Shown here piece by piece: positions 13,201-23,997 of a stretch of 64,000 nt of DNA. Every line of letters starts with the position of its first letter. Position 1 is the stretch's first letter. The notes under the pieces were generated by a model. The model ran no database searches, was not told where the DNA came from, and saw only the letters and a program-made list of their open reading frames with translations. The DNA lies in the NCBI GenBank assembly GCA_000004695.1, contig CM000153.2:3808001-3872000 (forward strand). Direction: 5' to 3'. The position numbers and the translations under genes were made by a program. The stretch is from Dictyostelium discoideum (taxonomy: Eukaryota).

Positions 13201-13817
13201 GAATCAATTTCATCAAGTTGTTTTTGTTTTTCTTCCAAGAATTGAAGTAAGAAATCAATTGTTTCAGTTTTACCAGATCTAATTGCCAAATCTATCATTT
13301 TAATCTTAAATATTTTTTCATTTATATCTGAAGTTGTACCATTGATTTTAAATTTACTATTATTGATTTTATTTATTAATGCTGAATTGCTAATATTATG
13401 TAATTCATATAACTCTTTATCTTTTAATAATACTTTTAATGCACCAGTATTTCCATATCTAATTGATGTTGCAATTAATGAATCTGAGAAATTTTTAAAC
13501 TCATCACGATATCTATTATAGAGTAAATCAAATGTACATTCATCAATAACTTTTAATAATATTGAATAATTGAATGAATCTGAATCAAATGAAAGATATT
13601 CATTGTTTTCTAATTTACTTTTTAATAATCCTAAATGGTTATGATTTACAATCCATACAACTTGATGAATATCTTTATATTTCCTTGAAAATGTTAATTT
13701 ACTATCACCTTCAACAAGATTTTTTTTATTTTCTATAATTTGTTTAACAAATTTCCATATTATAGATCTAATAAATTTATTTCTATATATTGTAAAAAAT
13801 AATTTTGAATTATCCAT
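10293..13817 (-). CDS. Large hypothetical protein (1174 aa) with ankyrin-like repeats near the N-terminus and a poly-N linker
   Basis: Uninterrupted 1174-codon ORF in an AT-rich genome. Ankyrin-like segments are LIATSIRYGNTGALKVLLKDK and MIDLAIRSGKTETIDFLLQ. No catalytic motif recognised. Its stop is only 70 bp from the stop of the convergent LIM gene. Confidence 0.6.
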   Translation of the reverse strand: MDNSKLFFTIYRNKFIRSIIWKFVKQIIENKKNLVEGDSKLTFSRKYKDIHQVVWIVNHNHLGLLKSKLENNEYLSFDSDSFNYSILLKVIDECTFDLLYNRYRDEFKNFSDSLIATSIRYGNTGALKVLLKDKELYELHNISNSALINKINNSKFKINGTTSDINEKIFKIKMIDLAIRSGKTETIDFLLQFLEEKQKQLDEIDSKKEIDPDRFPLSKSSVKQLVSETNNEIKSVYDYSNSSSSNGNGDIEPTKISIEKKSLIELHFTEKDLLSNCFKAPFNQIKTTIQYLFFQNNRLPFSIENISLEYYPTCLVKFLDAFNMTNFKQLTFFLENNLIKYDKNDFIELVNSFSFFSNDINPSIAFDYLQKFTYIYENYYCLENKYIENCEPLHHSLQFISSLVNSINDPLIIENLLKTTHTVKIDFLKKDQPLEINGSEPKTWCTYDMSTRASFIAKNHRNNNNINIKNNNNNNNDKDKTNNNVNNVENSINEENDGNNNNNTNDFNNQEFLIININNDDNYKIINFNNIKIENRVMNRIITIYMYSFFYPLIFLFQQAKIDITVNKFLILKNDLSILSEANSIINKFKKVEKVTLKYIAFKEIFISSLETANIEPLKEIAAISKTVKDESYIKEYASLFTLPTDFKMFKYLNGGGGGNSLDTLDFKKNYLNEFLSLTKNDSFLVKFQTSLLFCWLSHEDLEETSFQLLEFLKPKITSNNIANKTDPKTSIPYRAVSSGNHLLTEFCLLNSHYFTTQQLLFLAAINGKHHNIMSLLCKHQVTADEFSFSRAVELNDLTAIMILVENKTPFRAQDLYVSAQHIENPDIFRFLVMNVPIIDESTGEQTTKYLDLINFAAKNNKIIMDILKENSLAFESGVFGDVDSLENGYHNYNLVLENYNKLNTVQMFRQNKLDKIINFLLDYSTGGGGVDENIEYGKQVLLRHTKLLGEAIDFNQMDFLYQLLDIFYKSKVFKKNHTSDLTNEEFNNFVIHCAKSNHYHVLNYLFKNLQLKLFVNGFSSVFSQLSLNHNYLSKDIIQLLFDWSVWSGGCTMSTIYDDLLSMLIESVRLQKFSLFKFINENFLKFNSITMPKQIIKIVKQHQNPNVNFRNYLLFEKNENGETLIDISSFESYVVVENIKLNIPEPKVVTIIERLKYKLSRLDIFHIFTSKYLN

Positions 13818-13892
13818 TTTTTTTAAATATCTATACTCATAATTATTTATTTTGTTTGAGTGGTGTTTGATTAAAATTGGAAAAAAAAAAAC

Positions 13893-13924
<32 letters not shown>

Positions 13925-14393
13925 GTTGATTTTTTTTTTGACACTAATTCACAGAAGGTATTTTTTAATTTTTTTTTCAAATAAAAAAAAAAAATAAAAA
14001 ATTGGTAATCTGGGATAATCAGTTTTTTTTTTGATGAAAAATAAAAAAATTAAAAAATCTAATCTCTTCTTTTTTTTTTTTTTTTTTTTTTTTTTGGAAA
14101 ACTTGGATAATATCATTTTTTTTTTTTTTTTTTTTTTATCTTTGAATATTTTTCATTGATTTAATGAAATAACACTAGATTTTTTTTATTGAATGGAATT
14201 ATGATTTTTTTTAAAAAAAAAAAAAAATTATTTTGATTTTTTTTATTATATTATTATCATTATTATCATTATTAAAATAATAATGGTTTTTTTTTAGATA
14301 TTTTTATTATTTGTTTATATTTTTAATTTTTTTTTTTTTTTTTTTTTTTTTTATATTATTTTTTATATTATTTATTTATTTATTTTATTTATT

Positions 14394-15703
14394 TTATAAA
14401 GATTTATTAAATTGAATTAATTCTAAAATAAAACTAACAACTTTACCAGAGATTGCAAATGAATTTTCAGCAGAACAAATTGAAGGAGCAAAATAAAGAT
14501 TTGGAGAAAATATAATTGATAAACTTTTACTATTCATTTTATTTGAAGATTCAAATTTTGTAACTTCTGCCAAAAGGTCAACCAACCATAAAAATGTGGA
14601 TCTCCTTTTCTCTTCGATTAAATTTACAATGAAAACCGGATCCATTGTAGGATCATCATTATTGGGAGATGAATTACCATTGCCACTACCACTACTACTA
14701 CTGTTTGCAGTGGCAGCTGAAGAAGCGGTATCAGCAGATTGAGCGGTTGGTTTAAAATTTAAAAATATTTCTGGATCGATATCATTCAATAGTAGATTTG
14801 GTAATTCTCTAAAGAAAACTTTAATTAAAGTGGCTATACAATGAGGTTCAGTTGTACCGATTGCTTCTCTATTGACTCTATCTTTTACTATATTATATTC
14901 TGAATCATTGGCAGGTGGTAAACGAAAGATTGATTCGGTGAGATGAGCATTACAGCCAAAGAAAGCTTGCTTCAAAATGACCAAAGCCCTTGGAACTAAC
15001 ATTGGGCCGAATGAGGTATTATCCTCGACCAACTCTGAATCCTCAATTGGTTGACCGAATGCTGTTTTATTGCTTTCCACTTGCACCAATATAAAGTATC
15101 TTACACCACCTTCGATTTCAATGATAACGACACGTCTTAATTTTATACTTGATTTCAATATCAATGAAAAGTTTAGAGTTATCGATGACTTCTTCCCAAT
15201 GAAACCCTCCTTCTCCGAGACGTTTATAGTATGAGTTTTAGATGGTGGACCCATTAATACTTTGAATTTCACTTTTTTACTTGAGAAATTGTTTAGGATA
15301 CATTCATCGATAACCTCTAGATTAATTGGAATGGTCTTTCCAAAGTTACTAAAATAAAGCATGGTTTTTGATGGTTTAACATTTAATATATCTTCGGAAA
15401 CTGCATTCTTTACAACTGATAAAAGTGATTTAACACGATTTGGATCTTTCTCTTTTGATTGTGTTGATAAATATTGATCCTTTGATGATAATAATCCAAT
15501 ACCATTACTCTTTAATATTGAATCATAACATTTATCCAATAATGATAAACTTGTATTAATATCAACATCTAAAAGTTGATTAAAAGTTTTATTGTACAAT
15601 GATGTATTTTGTTGAAATTCACCTTTACATAATTTATAATATTGTTCATATAATTGATTATTATTATTATTGTTATTATTATTATTATTATTATTATTTC
15701 CGC

Positions 15704-15791
<88 letters not shown>

Positions 15792-17306
15792 TGTATTGGA
15801 TGAATTTATTAAATTTTGTGATGATACAGTATTTGTATTTGATGTTGATGTTGATGCTATTTTAATTTGATTTAAATTAATTTCCCATCTAATTGGTACA
15901 ATTGAAGATTCAGGTGGTGGTGTATTACTACTTCTAGTTAAACTACCAAATGCAATAGTTAAACGTTTTGTTGGTGAAAAAGAACTTGAAGGAGTATTTA
16001 AATTTTTATTATTTACAACAGGGTTTGGTGATGTGGTGGATGTAGTACTGGTGGTGGTGGTTGTGGTGGTAGTAGTGGTGGTAGTTGTAGGTATTTGAGT
16101 TTTTCTTGCATTATTTTGTGAAATTGTTGAAGGTGGTGATGATGGTGGTAATTTAATTGTTGTTGTTGTTTGTGTTGGTGTTGAATGAGTTGATGATGAT
16201 GGTGATAAAGTTGGAGATTGTGGTGGTGTTAATGATGTTGATGGTGGAGTTGGCATTATATTTTGTTGTTGTGGTGATGACGGTGATGGTGACGATTGAT
16301 TATTTCTGGTTGGTGGCGGTGATGATGATTGTGGTGGTAATGGTATTGGTATATTACTTGAAATTGTAATTTCATTGTTATTATTATTATTACTATTAGT
16401 TAATATATTATCTAAACTTTGACTCTTTGATAAAGATATACTATTGTTATTATTTTGATTGATTTCAAAATTATTATATTTTGGTGGTGATTGTGGATAA
16501 TTATTTGAGGCATTACTACTTAATGAACATGTTGAAGATTCACTTATATTATCAGGTATATTGATATTATTTGGTATATTAATGCAATTTGATGATGGTA
16601 ATGGCATTGGTGATCTTGGTGGTAATGAGGTAGTGGTGGTGGTGGTGGTTGTTATTATATGCGGTGGTGGTAAAATTGAATCCTCTGAACTACTATTAAT
16701 TATATTTCCACCAACAAAATTATTTGAACTTGTATTATTACTAGTTGGTGGAGTTATTATTAAAGAATGTAAACTATTGGTACTACTATTTAATAGATTA
16801 TAATTTTCTTTCTCCTTATTTAAAGTTTGTAAATTTGTAACAGAGGCTGATAATGGAATATTGGATTGTTTTGATGTTTCAAATAGAGAGGATTGTTTTG
16901 AGGTTATAACTGGTTGAGAAACTATTGTATCGCGTCTAAGTTTATGTTGATTTGGGTTTAATTGAATGGGTATATTTGAAGGTACCTCTGGAAAACATGC
17001 AAGTAATTGCCCTAATGTCATCTTCTCCTCCTCTTTATTCAAATTAACATTCAATAGTACAACATTGATTGCTGGATTACCATTTGGATTTGAAACTATA
17101 TTTAAACCTGATGGTAATGATGCTATTGTTATTGTTGGTGATGGTGATGAAGATAATAATATTGCTGCTGAAGTTGGTGATGGTGGTGAACCAGCTGATG
17201 TTGATAATAAATCATTGCTACTAGTTGATCTAGTCATAATATTTTGTGCCTCCGCTATCTGCGCCATTATTAATACAAATGATGATTTTTCATATACTAA
17301 TGTCAT
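14394..17306 (-). CDS. RhoGAP-domain protein (Rho GTPase-activating protein) with Ser/Thr/Pro-rich and poly-N regions
   Basis: 970-codon ORF. The RhoGAP core is near the C-terminus: ESIFRLPPANDSEYNIVKDRVN (Arg-finger region) and PHCIATLIKVFFRELPNLLLNDIDPEIF. (ATT)29 at 15705-15791 encodes poly-N. The start may instead be the second Met (MAQIAEAQNIM, about 17267). Confidence 0.75.
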
Positions 17307-18293
17307 TTTAAAAATAAATAAATATTAATATAACTATTTAATTTTTACTATTACCATATTAAATAAAAAAAATTAAAACAACAATAAAAATAATAATAAT
17401 AATAATAAAAACTTTTTTTTTTTTAAAAAAAATATATATAAATAATTATAATAAAAAAAAAGAAGAAAAAAAAAAAAAAAAAAAAAACTCTATTTAAAAA
17501 TAAAATAATATAAATAAAAAGTTGTATTAAAATAACAATAAGGTTATTTTGTCTTTTTAATTTAAATTTTTTTAAAAACAGAAAAAAAAAAAAAAAAAAA
17601 ATGGTGATAGAAAGTGTGAGTGAGTGTGTGTGTTCTATTATCATCATAAATGCACAAACGAATGTGGGTGAGTGAATTGTGTTGTGCGTTTAATGTTTAT
17701 TGTGTTTTCATCATAGAATCTAAAATTAAATCCAGATCAATTAATATATATATATATATATATAATCATAATATTTTACCTCTACTATCTATTTTATTTT
17801 ATTTTATTATATTATTATATTTTTTCTACTTTTTTTTTTTTTTTTTTTTTTAATTGAACGTGTTGTAAATTATTATTTTTCTCAATCGATTTTGTTGTTT
17901 TTTTTGTTTTTTTTACTTCTTTTTAAAATATAAAATATAAAAAAAAAAAAAGTATGTAAACGATTTTAAATTAATTTATTAATATATATTATTATTGTTT
18001 TTATTGTTTTTATTATTGGTATCAAGCTCACATACAATTTTGATATTAATTAAGTTGATTATCAGAAAAAAAAAAAAAAATTTAAAAATAAAATAAAAAA
18101 AAAAAAAAGTTGTGTGGTTGATGAGGTTGATGAGGTTGAGGAGCTAAAAATAATATTATTTATTTGAGTGTGTTGGTACAATGATTGTGTGTGTTTTTAT
18201 AGGTTATTAAAGGATAATTTATTTTGATAATTAAATTGTGAGAATAAAAAGAGAGAGCCAGATGGGTGGAAAAAAAAAAAAAAAAAAAAAATG

Positions 18294-18324
<31 letters not shown>

Positions 18325-18517
18325 TAATAATAGGATTTTTCCAATTTGAAAATAATGTCTTTAAATTAAAAATCAAACACACTAAGATACACTACGTTTT
18401 AAGTTTTTTTTTTTTTTGTATTTTAATTGTTTTTTTTGTATGTTGTTTGTGTGATATATTTAAATTTAAATTTTGATCGTATTATTATTAAGTTCTCTAT
18501 GATTAAAAGAAGTTATA

Positions 18518-18554
<37 letters not shown>

Positions 18555-18678
18555 AAAAAAAAAAGGCAACAAAAAAAAATAAAAAAAAAAGATGAAAAAA
18601 AAAAAAAAATAAAATATAAAAAAATAAAAAAAAAAATAAAAAAAAACAAGCTTGGACCAACCTACGATATTTTATTAA

Positions 18679-18713
<35 letters not shown>

Positions 18714-18806
18714 GGAAATACTTAATAAGGGGTTTTTTTTTTTATATAAGGGCTACTTTAGGTTTTAAAAAAAAAAAAAAGGAAAAAAAAAAAAAAAAAA
18801 AAAATT

Positions 18807-18842
<36 letters not shown>

Positions 18843-19514
18843 CCAAAATTAAAATTTTTATATTTTATTTTTTATTTTTTATAAAAACTAAGAAAAATAT
18901 CTTTTTTTTCAAAAAAAGCAAAAAAAAAAAATTTTTGATCTGGAAATAATTATCCGATCATCGAATTTAAAAAAATACGATAATCCCCATTAATTTCGGG
19001 AACTGCAAATTAATTGCAACTTCTTAATTTTTAATTTTTTATTTTTTTTAATTATTTTAGAAGCAAGATTGGTATAATTATTATCTTAAAAAAAAAAAAA
19101 AATAAGATTAAAAAAAAAACATTGTAATTTTACATTGCACTGCTTCAATAAATTTAATTTTTTTTTTGTTGTTTTTTTTTTTGTTATTATCTTCTTTAAT
19201 AAAAATAATTCATTAAATAAAACTTTTTTTTTTTTTTTTTTTTTATATTTCAATCACTTGTTTTTATTTTTATTTTTATTTTAACTCAATATATTTACAA
19301 ATCAAAATTGAATAATTATTAAATTTTGAAAATTTTTGGCAAAAAAGTCTTAAAAAAATTAATCTATTGTTTTAATCTTTATTATAAATAAAAGATTATG
19401 GGTTTATTTTTTTTTTTTTTTTTTCAAACACTAATTGAAAAATTATAATAAAATCTTTTTTTTTTATTTTTAGATATCTTTTTTTTATTTTAATTATATT
19501 TTTAAATTATATTT

Positions 19515-19553
<39 letters not shown>

Positions 19554-19558
19554 TAAAT

Positions 19559-19595
<37 letters not shown>

Positions 19596-19610
19596 TTTCC
19601 AGGTTTGAAA

Positions 19611-20047
19611 TTAGGCCTCAACTTGTTGGGCGGGATCTGAAGTTTCAACAGTTTCAACTTTTCTCTTTTTTCCATCTTTAATATCACCGGCCTCATCAAT
19701 TGATCTCTTTTTGTTTTCAGATTCATTGGCGTCGGCTTCGTTACTTTCACCATTTGATGTTTGTTGTGGTTCATGATTTTGTTGTTGATGTTGTTCTTGT
19801 AATTTTTCACTAGCAGCACTGTCATTGGAAAGTGGATTTTCTGGCTCTACTGGAGCAGCTGGTTCAGTCTCTTTTTCTTCAGCTGGTTCATTTTCTTTAA
19901 CTTTCTGTTGGTCACATGGTTCCTTAGATTTTTCTTCTTGTACTGGTTCCTCTGGTTCTTTTGGTTTTTCTTGTTCTGATTTTTCACAACTATTATTTTC
20001 ATTATTTTCATTATTTTCATTATTACTACTATTATTATTATTATTAC

Positions 20048-20122
<75 letters not shown>

Positions 20123-20228
20123 CATTATTTTCATTTACTACTGGACAATCTGATTGAACAACATTTTGTTGAGATTCTACATTTGTAGACTCGACTGGTT
20201 GTTGTGCTTCATTGTTATTGTTGCTCAT
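19611..20228 (-). CDS. Small acidic low-complexity protein (205 aa; poly-N core, E/P/K-rich C-terminal half), function unknown
   Basis: 205-codon ORF with a proper ATG in an AT-rich context (MSNNNNEAQQPVESTNVESQQ...KKRKVETVETSDPAQQVEA*). The C-terminal KKRK looks NLS-like. The antisense and overlapping ORFs in the track are low-complexity artefacts. Confidence 0.55.
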
Positions 20229-20405
20229 TTTGATTTATTAATATTATTATTATTATTATTATTATTATTTATTAAATTGTCTGAAAATATAATTATTATT
20301 AATAGTTTGGAAAAAAAAATAATAAAAAAAAAAGTAGAATATTATTTATTTGAAAAATTATTACAAATTAATTATAATTAAGTGTATAAAAAAAATGAAT
20401 AAAAA

Positions 20406-20438
<33 letters not shown>

Positions 20439-20990
20439 AAAAAATAATTAATTTTTTTTTTAAATCAAAAAATTTAAATTAAAATAAAAATTAAATTAAA
20501 TTAAATAATGTTTAAAAATGGAATTTTTTTAACAAAAGAAAAGAAAAGAAAAAGAAAAAAAAATAAAAAAAAAACTGTTTGGATTGATCAACCCCCAATA
20601 AAATTTTATTTTTTTTTTTTTTATTTTATTTGAAATAACTCCACATATGCAAAATAATTAAAAAAACTACCACCTTTTTTTTTTTTGCCCTATTTCATTT
20701 TGTTGACGGGCTATTTCATTTTGTAATTGAAAAAAATATATTATTTTTTAACCACTAAAATGATAAATTAAATTAAAAAAAAAAAAAAAATAAAAAAAAA
20801 TAAAAAAAAAGATTTAAAAAAATTAAAATAAAAATAAAAATAATAAAAATAATAATAAAAATAAATTTAAATTTAAAATAAAATAACATGTAAATAATTA
20901 AAAATTAAATAAAAAAAAAAAAAAAAAATAAATAAAAATTTGTTTAAAAAATATTATTTTTTTTATTTTTTTTTTTTATTTTTTTTTTAT

Positions 20991-21313
20991 TTATTTATTA
21001 TCGTTATAAGATAATAAAATTTTTTCAGTTGTTAAAGATTTGATTGGTAATTTTGAAACTATAAAATTTGAATCTGTGAGCAAAGTTGGATCATTTTCAC
21101 TATAAGGTTTAATAATATCAAAACTTGATTCTTTAAAAGTAACCTCTTTGAGTAAATAATCTTTTCCAAATTCATGATAAATTCTTGTATCTAAACATCT
21201 ACAAATTACATCATCTACTCTTAAAAAGAATCTTGATAATAAAAACACTGATTCATTATTAACTCTCTTTTTTTTTTTTTTTTTTTTAAAATTTAGTAAA
21301 TTAATTATAAACT

Positions 21314-21351
<38 letters not shown>

Positions 21352-21689
21352 TTACAATTTTAACAGATAACATAGAACTACCATTATCAGCCAATTCATC
21401 TTCATATAATAATACATCGTCAAAAAATAAAATTGGGTCAGGTCTTTTTAATTTTTCAATATCAATTTTTTCGGTTGTGTTTTCAAATAATCCCTTTGAT
21501 AATTAAAAAATTGATTTTAAATGAATTTAAAAAATTAAAAAAAATTAAAAAAATTAAAAATAAAATTCTATTAATAATTTGGTAAAAAAAAAAAAAATAA
21601 AAATGAAAATAAAAAAATAAAATATTTAACCCAATTTAATTGGGCGAAAAAAAATTATAATAATAAAGAAAAATAATAATTATTTGGTG

Positions 21690-21725
<36 letters not shown>

Positions 21726-22143
21726 TACTTACAATTGGTTTTTCAAAATTTGAATAACAATGACCACGTGTTAAAATTGTACCAGTATATGGTGAAGAAA
21801 AGGTCCACTCAAATGATTTTTCAATTTGACCTTCAAATCCTTTATTAATTTCTTCCCATTTCTTTGAAGATGAAACTTTAATTGATTGATCAGCAACTTT
21901 ATCCAACATTTTCAAAGCATCCATACAATTGAAAACGATTGTAATATCACGTTTTTCATTTGAAAGTCTAATAAAATTATTACCATATACCATCTCTGGT
22001 AATCCATTCAATACCAACTCTTTCTCCCATTCTTCTTTTTCTGTTGATTTTAAAATTGGATTCTTTGATGTATGAATTACCCAATCTCCAATTTCAATAC
22101 CATTTTTAATTAATTTATGTGGTGTATTAATTGTTGTTGTCAT
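20991..22143 (-). CDS. TIP41-like protein (TIPRL; TOR-pathway regulator of PP2A-family phosphatases), 3 exons
   Basis: Exon 1 is 21733..22143 ([10 protein letters not shown]...[14 protein letters not shown]...[12 protein letters not shown]...[29 protein letters not shown]), with donor GTAAGT at 21732-21727. Exon 2 is 21356..21493 ([46 protein letters not shown]), with donor GTAAAT. Exon 3 is 20991..21266 ([32 protein letters not shown]...YNDNK*). It is collinear with human TIPRL ([66 protein letters not shown]). About 274 aa. Confidence 0.85.
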
Positions 22144-22483
22144 TTTAAGTATAAATAAATAATAAAATTATAAAAAAATAAAGTTTCAAAAAAAAAAAAA
22201 AAAAAAAAAATTTTGATTTTTTTATAAATTAATTTTGGATAGAGAGGACTTTTTTTTTTTTTTTATTGTTTTTGGTTGAAAAAAAAAGTTTTTGTGATCA
22301 TTTTTCGTTTATTTTTTTTTATTTTTTTATTTTTTTTTTTTATTTTTTATTTTTTATTTTTTTTTTCCAACCAAAAATTAGAAAACAGATAATCATTATC
22401 TGTTTTTTTTTTTTTTTTTTTTTTCTAAACACTTTTTTTTTTTTAAAAAAAAATTAATGAAAAAATAAAAATAGATATATAAA

Positions 22484-23564
22484 ATGTATACATTATTAGT
22501 TGGATTTCTTTTAGGTATAATTTTTAGTTCAGTTATTTTAATTTATACATTCTTTCAATTATTATCAAAAAAAGTTGACCCAAAAGATATACCAGTTAGA
22601 AAACAACAAATTTCCAAAACTACCACCACAACTACAACCACTACAACAACAACAACTTCAATTCATCCAAAAGATATTACAACAGATAAATTACAAGAGA
22701 TTTTAGATTTTAGTGATATTAGACCAACATCAATTGAAACTTGTAAATGGATAAATTTCATTGCTGCTCGTATTTTATCCGATTTAAATAACTCTTCTCA
22801 ATTCTCTCAAAAAATTTATTCATTTTTAAATAATATTTTTGATGAAAATAATAAACCAGATTTTTTAGTATGTATCAATGAATTAATTCATTATTAATTT
22901 CTTCTTTTTAATATCTTATTAATTTATATTTATTTATTTATTATTATTTTTTAAAAAACAATAGGGTAAATTAAATTTCTCAGATATTTCATTTGGTTCG
23001 ACAACACCAGAAATTGGTATAGTTAAATTAGTTTCACCACCAAATTCATCATATAGTATATTAGAATTTGATATCATTTATTCAGGTGATGCATCGGTTA
23101 CTGCATCTTCTGAATTATGGTTAAATTGGCCACAAAAACATATTGCTTGTTTACCTGTAAAAACTAAATTATCATTAAAACATTTCTCTGGAAAGGTATA
23201 TACATATATTTTATTATTTATTTTATTATTTATTTAAAATATAAGAGGTATTAATTTTTTTTTTTTTATAATTTTTTAAAAAAGTTTGTTTTATATATTC
23301 CAAATACACCAAATCCAACATGTGTTGTTTATTTAAAAAATGCACCACAAATCCAATTAAGAATGATTACAAAGATGGGTCATGAAACAGTATTAAAAGA
23401 ACCAGGTAAAATTGGAACTTTCCTTCAAACTCAAATCATTAAACATATCAATCAAAGATTGGTACCACCAAATTTCTTAAGTTTTAATATCTTTCAATTT
23501 CTATATAATACCCCATTAAAAGTTAATCATAATATACATACAATAAATCCAATTATTCAAAACA

Positions 23565-23595
<31 letters not shown>

Positions 23596-23749
23596 TGAAA
23601 ATAATAATACCATATATAATACATCACCAATTACTTCACCAATTCCTTCACCACCTTTACAATCATCATTAAAATCAACAAACTCCCCAAATGGAGTTAA
23701 AAAAAGATCTACAAACAAAGTTTCTTATTCACCAATTAATTCAAAATAA
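22484..23749 (+). CDS. SMP-domain (synaptotagmin-like mitochondrial-lipid-binding) protein with N-terminal TM anchor, Mmm1/Nvj2-like lipid-transfer protein, 3 exons
   Basis: Exon 1 is 22484..22867 (TM helix MYTLLVGFLLGIIFSSVILIYTFF, poly-T linker, SMP start ETCKWINFIAARILSDL...NNKPDFL), with donor GTATGT at 22868. Exon 2 is 22965..23195 (GKLNFSDISFGSTTPEIGIVKLVSPP...KHFSGK), with donor GTATAT. Exon 3 is 23285..23749 (FVLYIPNTPNPTCVVYLKNAPQIQLRMITKMGHETVLKEPGKIG...PINSK*). About 359 aa. Confidence 0.7.
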
Positions 23750-23997
23750 AACCAAAATAAAATAAAAAAGAAAAAAAAAAAATTAAAAAAGTTCAATACA
23801 TTTGTAATTTTAATTCACAAAGAAGAAATATATTGATTATTGTAAAAAAAAAAGGAAATAAATGGTTTTTTTTTTTTTTTAAATATAAAATGATATTTTT
23901 ATTATTTACATAAATATAGATATATTTAATTAATATGGAAAAAACTTTGAGTTAATCCAATAATATATTAATATTGCATTAATATTTAATTATAAAT

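Noticed and set aside
19592-20381. Overlapping ORFs 19592..19825, 19825..20157, 19847..20134, 19961..20188, 20154..20381 around the acidic poly-N gene
   Set aside because: All are alternative frames of the same (ATT)n/(AAT)n tract and flanks. Only 19611..20228 has a proper ATG context, non-repetitive flanks and AT3 codon bias.
22266-22457. Track ORFs 22266..22457, 37470..37847, 45394..45765, 17423..17647, 18197..18476, 31239..31508, 58317..58782, 62411..62620 (poly-F/I/K/Y peptides)
   Set aside because: They are translations of oligo(dT)/(dA) promoter and spacer tracts, with no complexity and no flanking splice logic.
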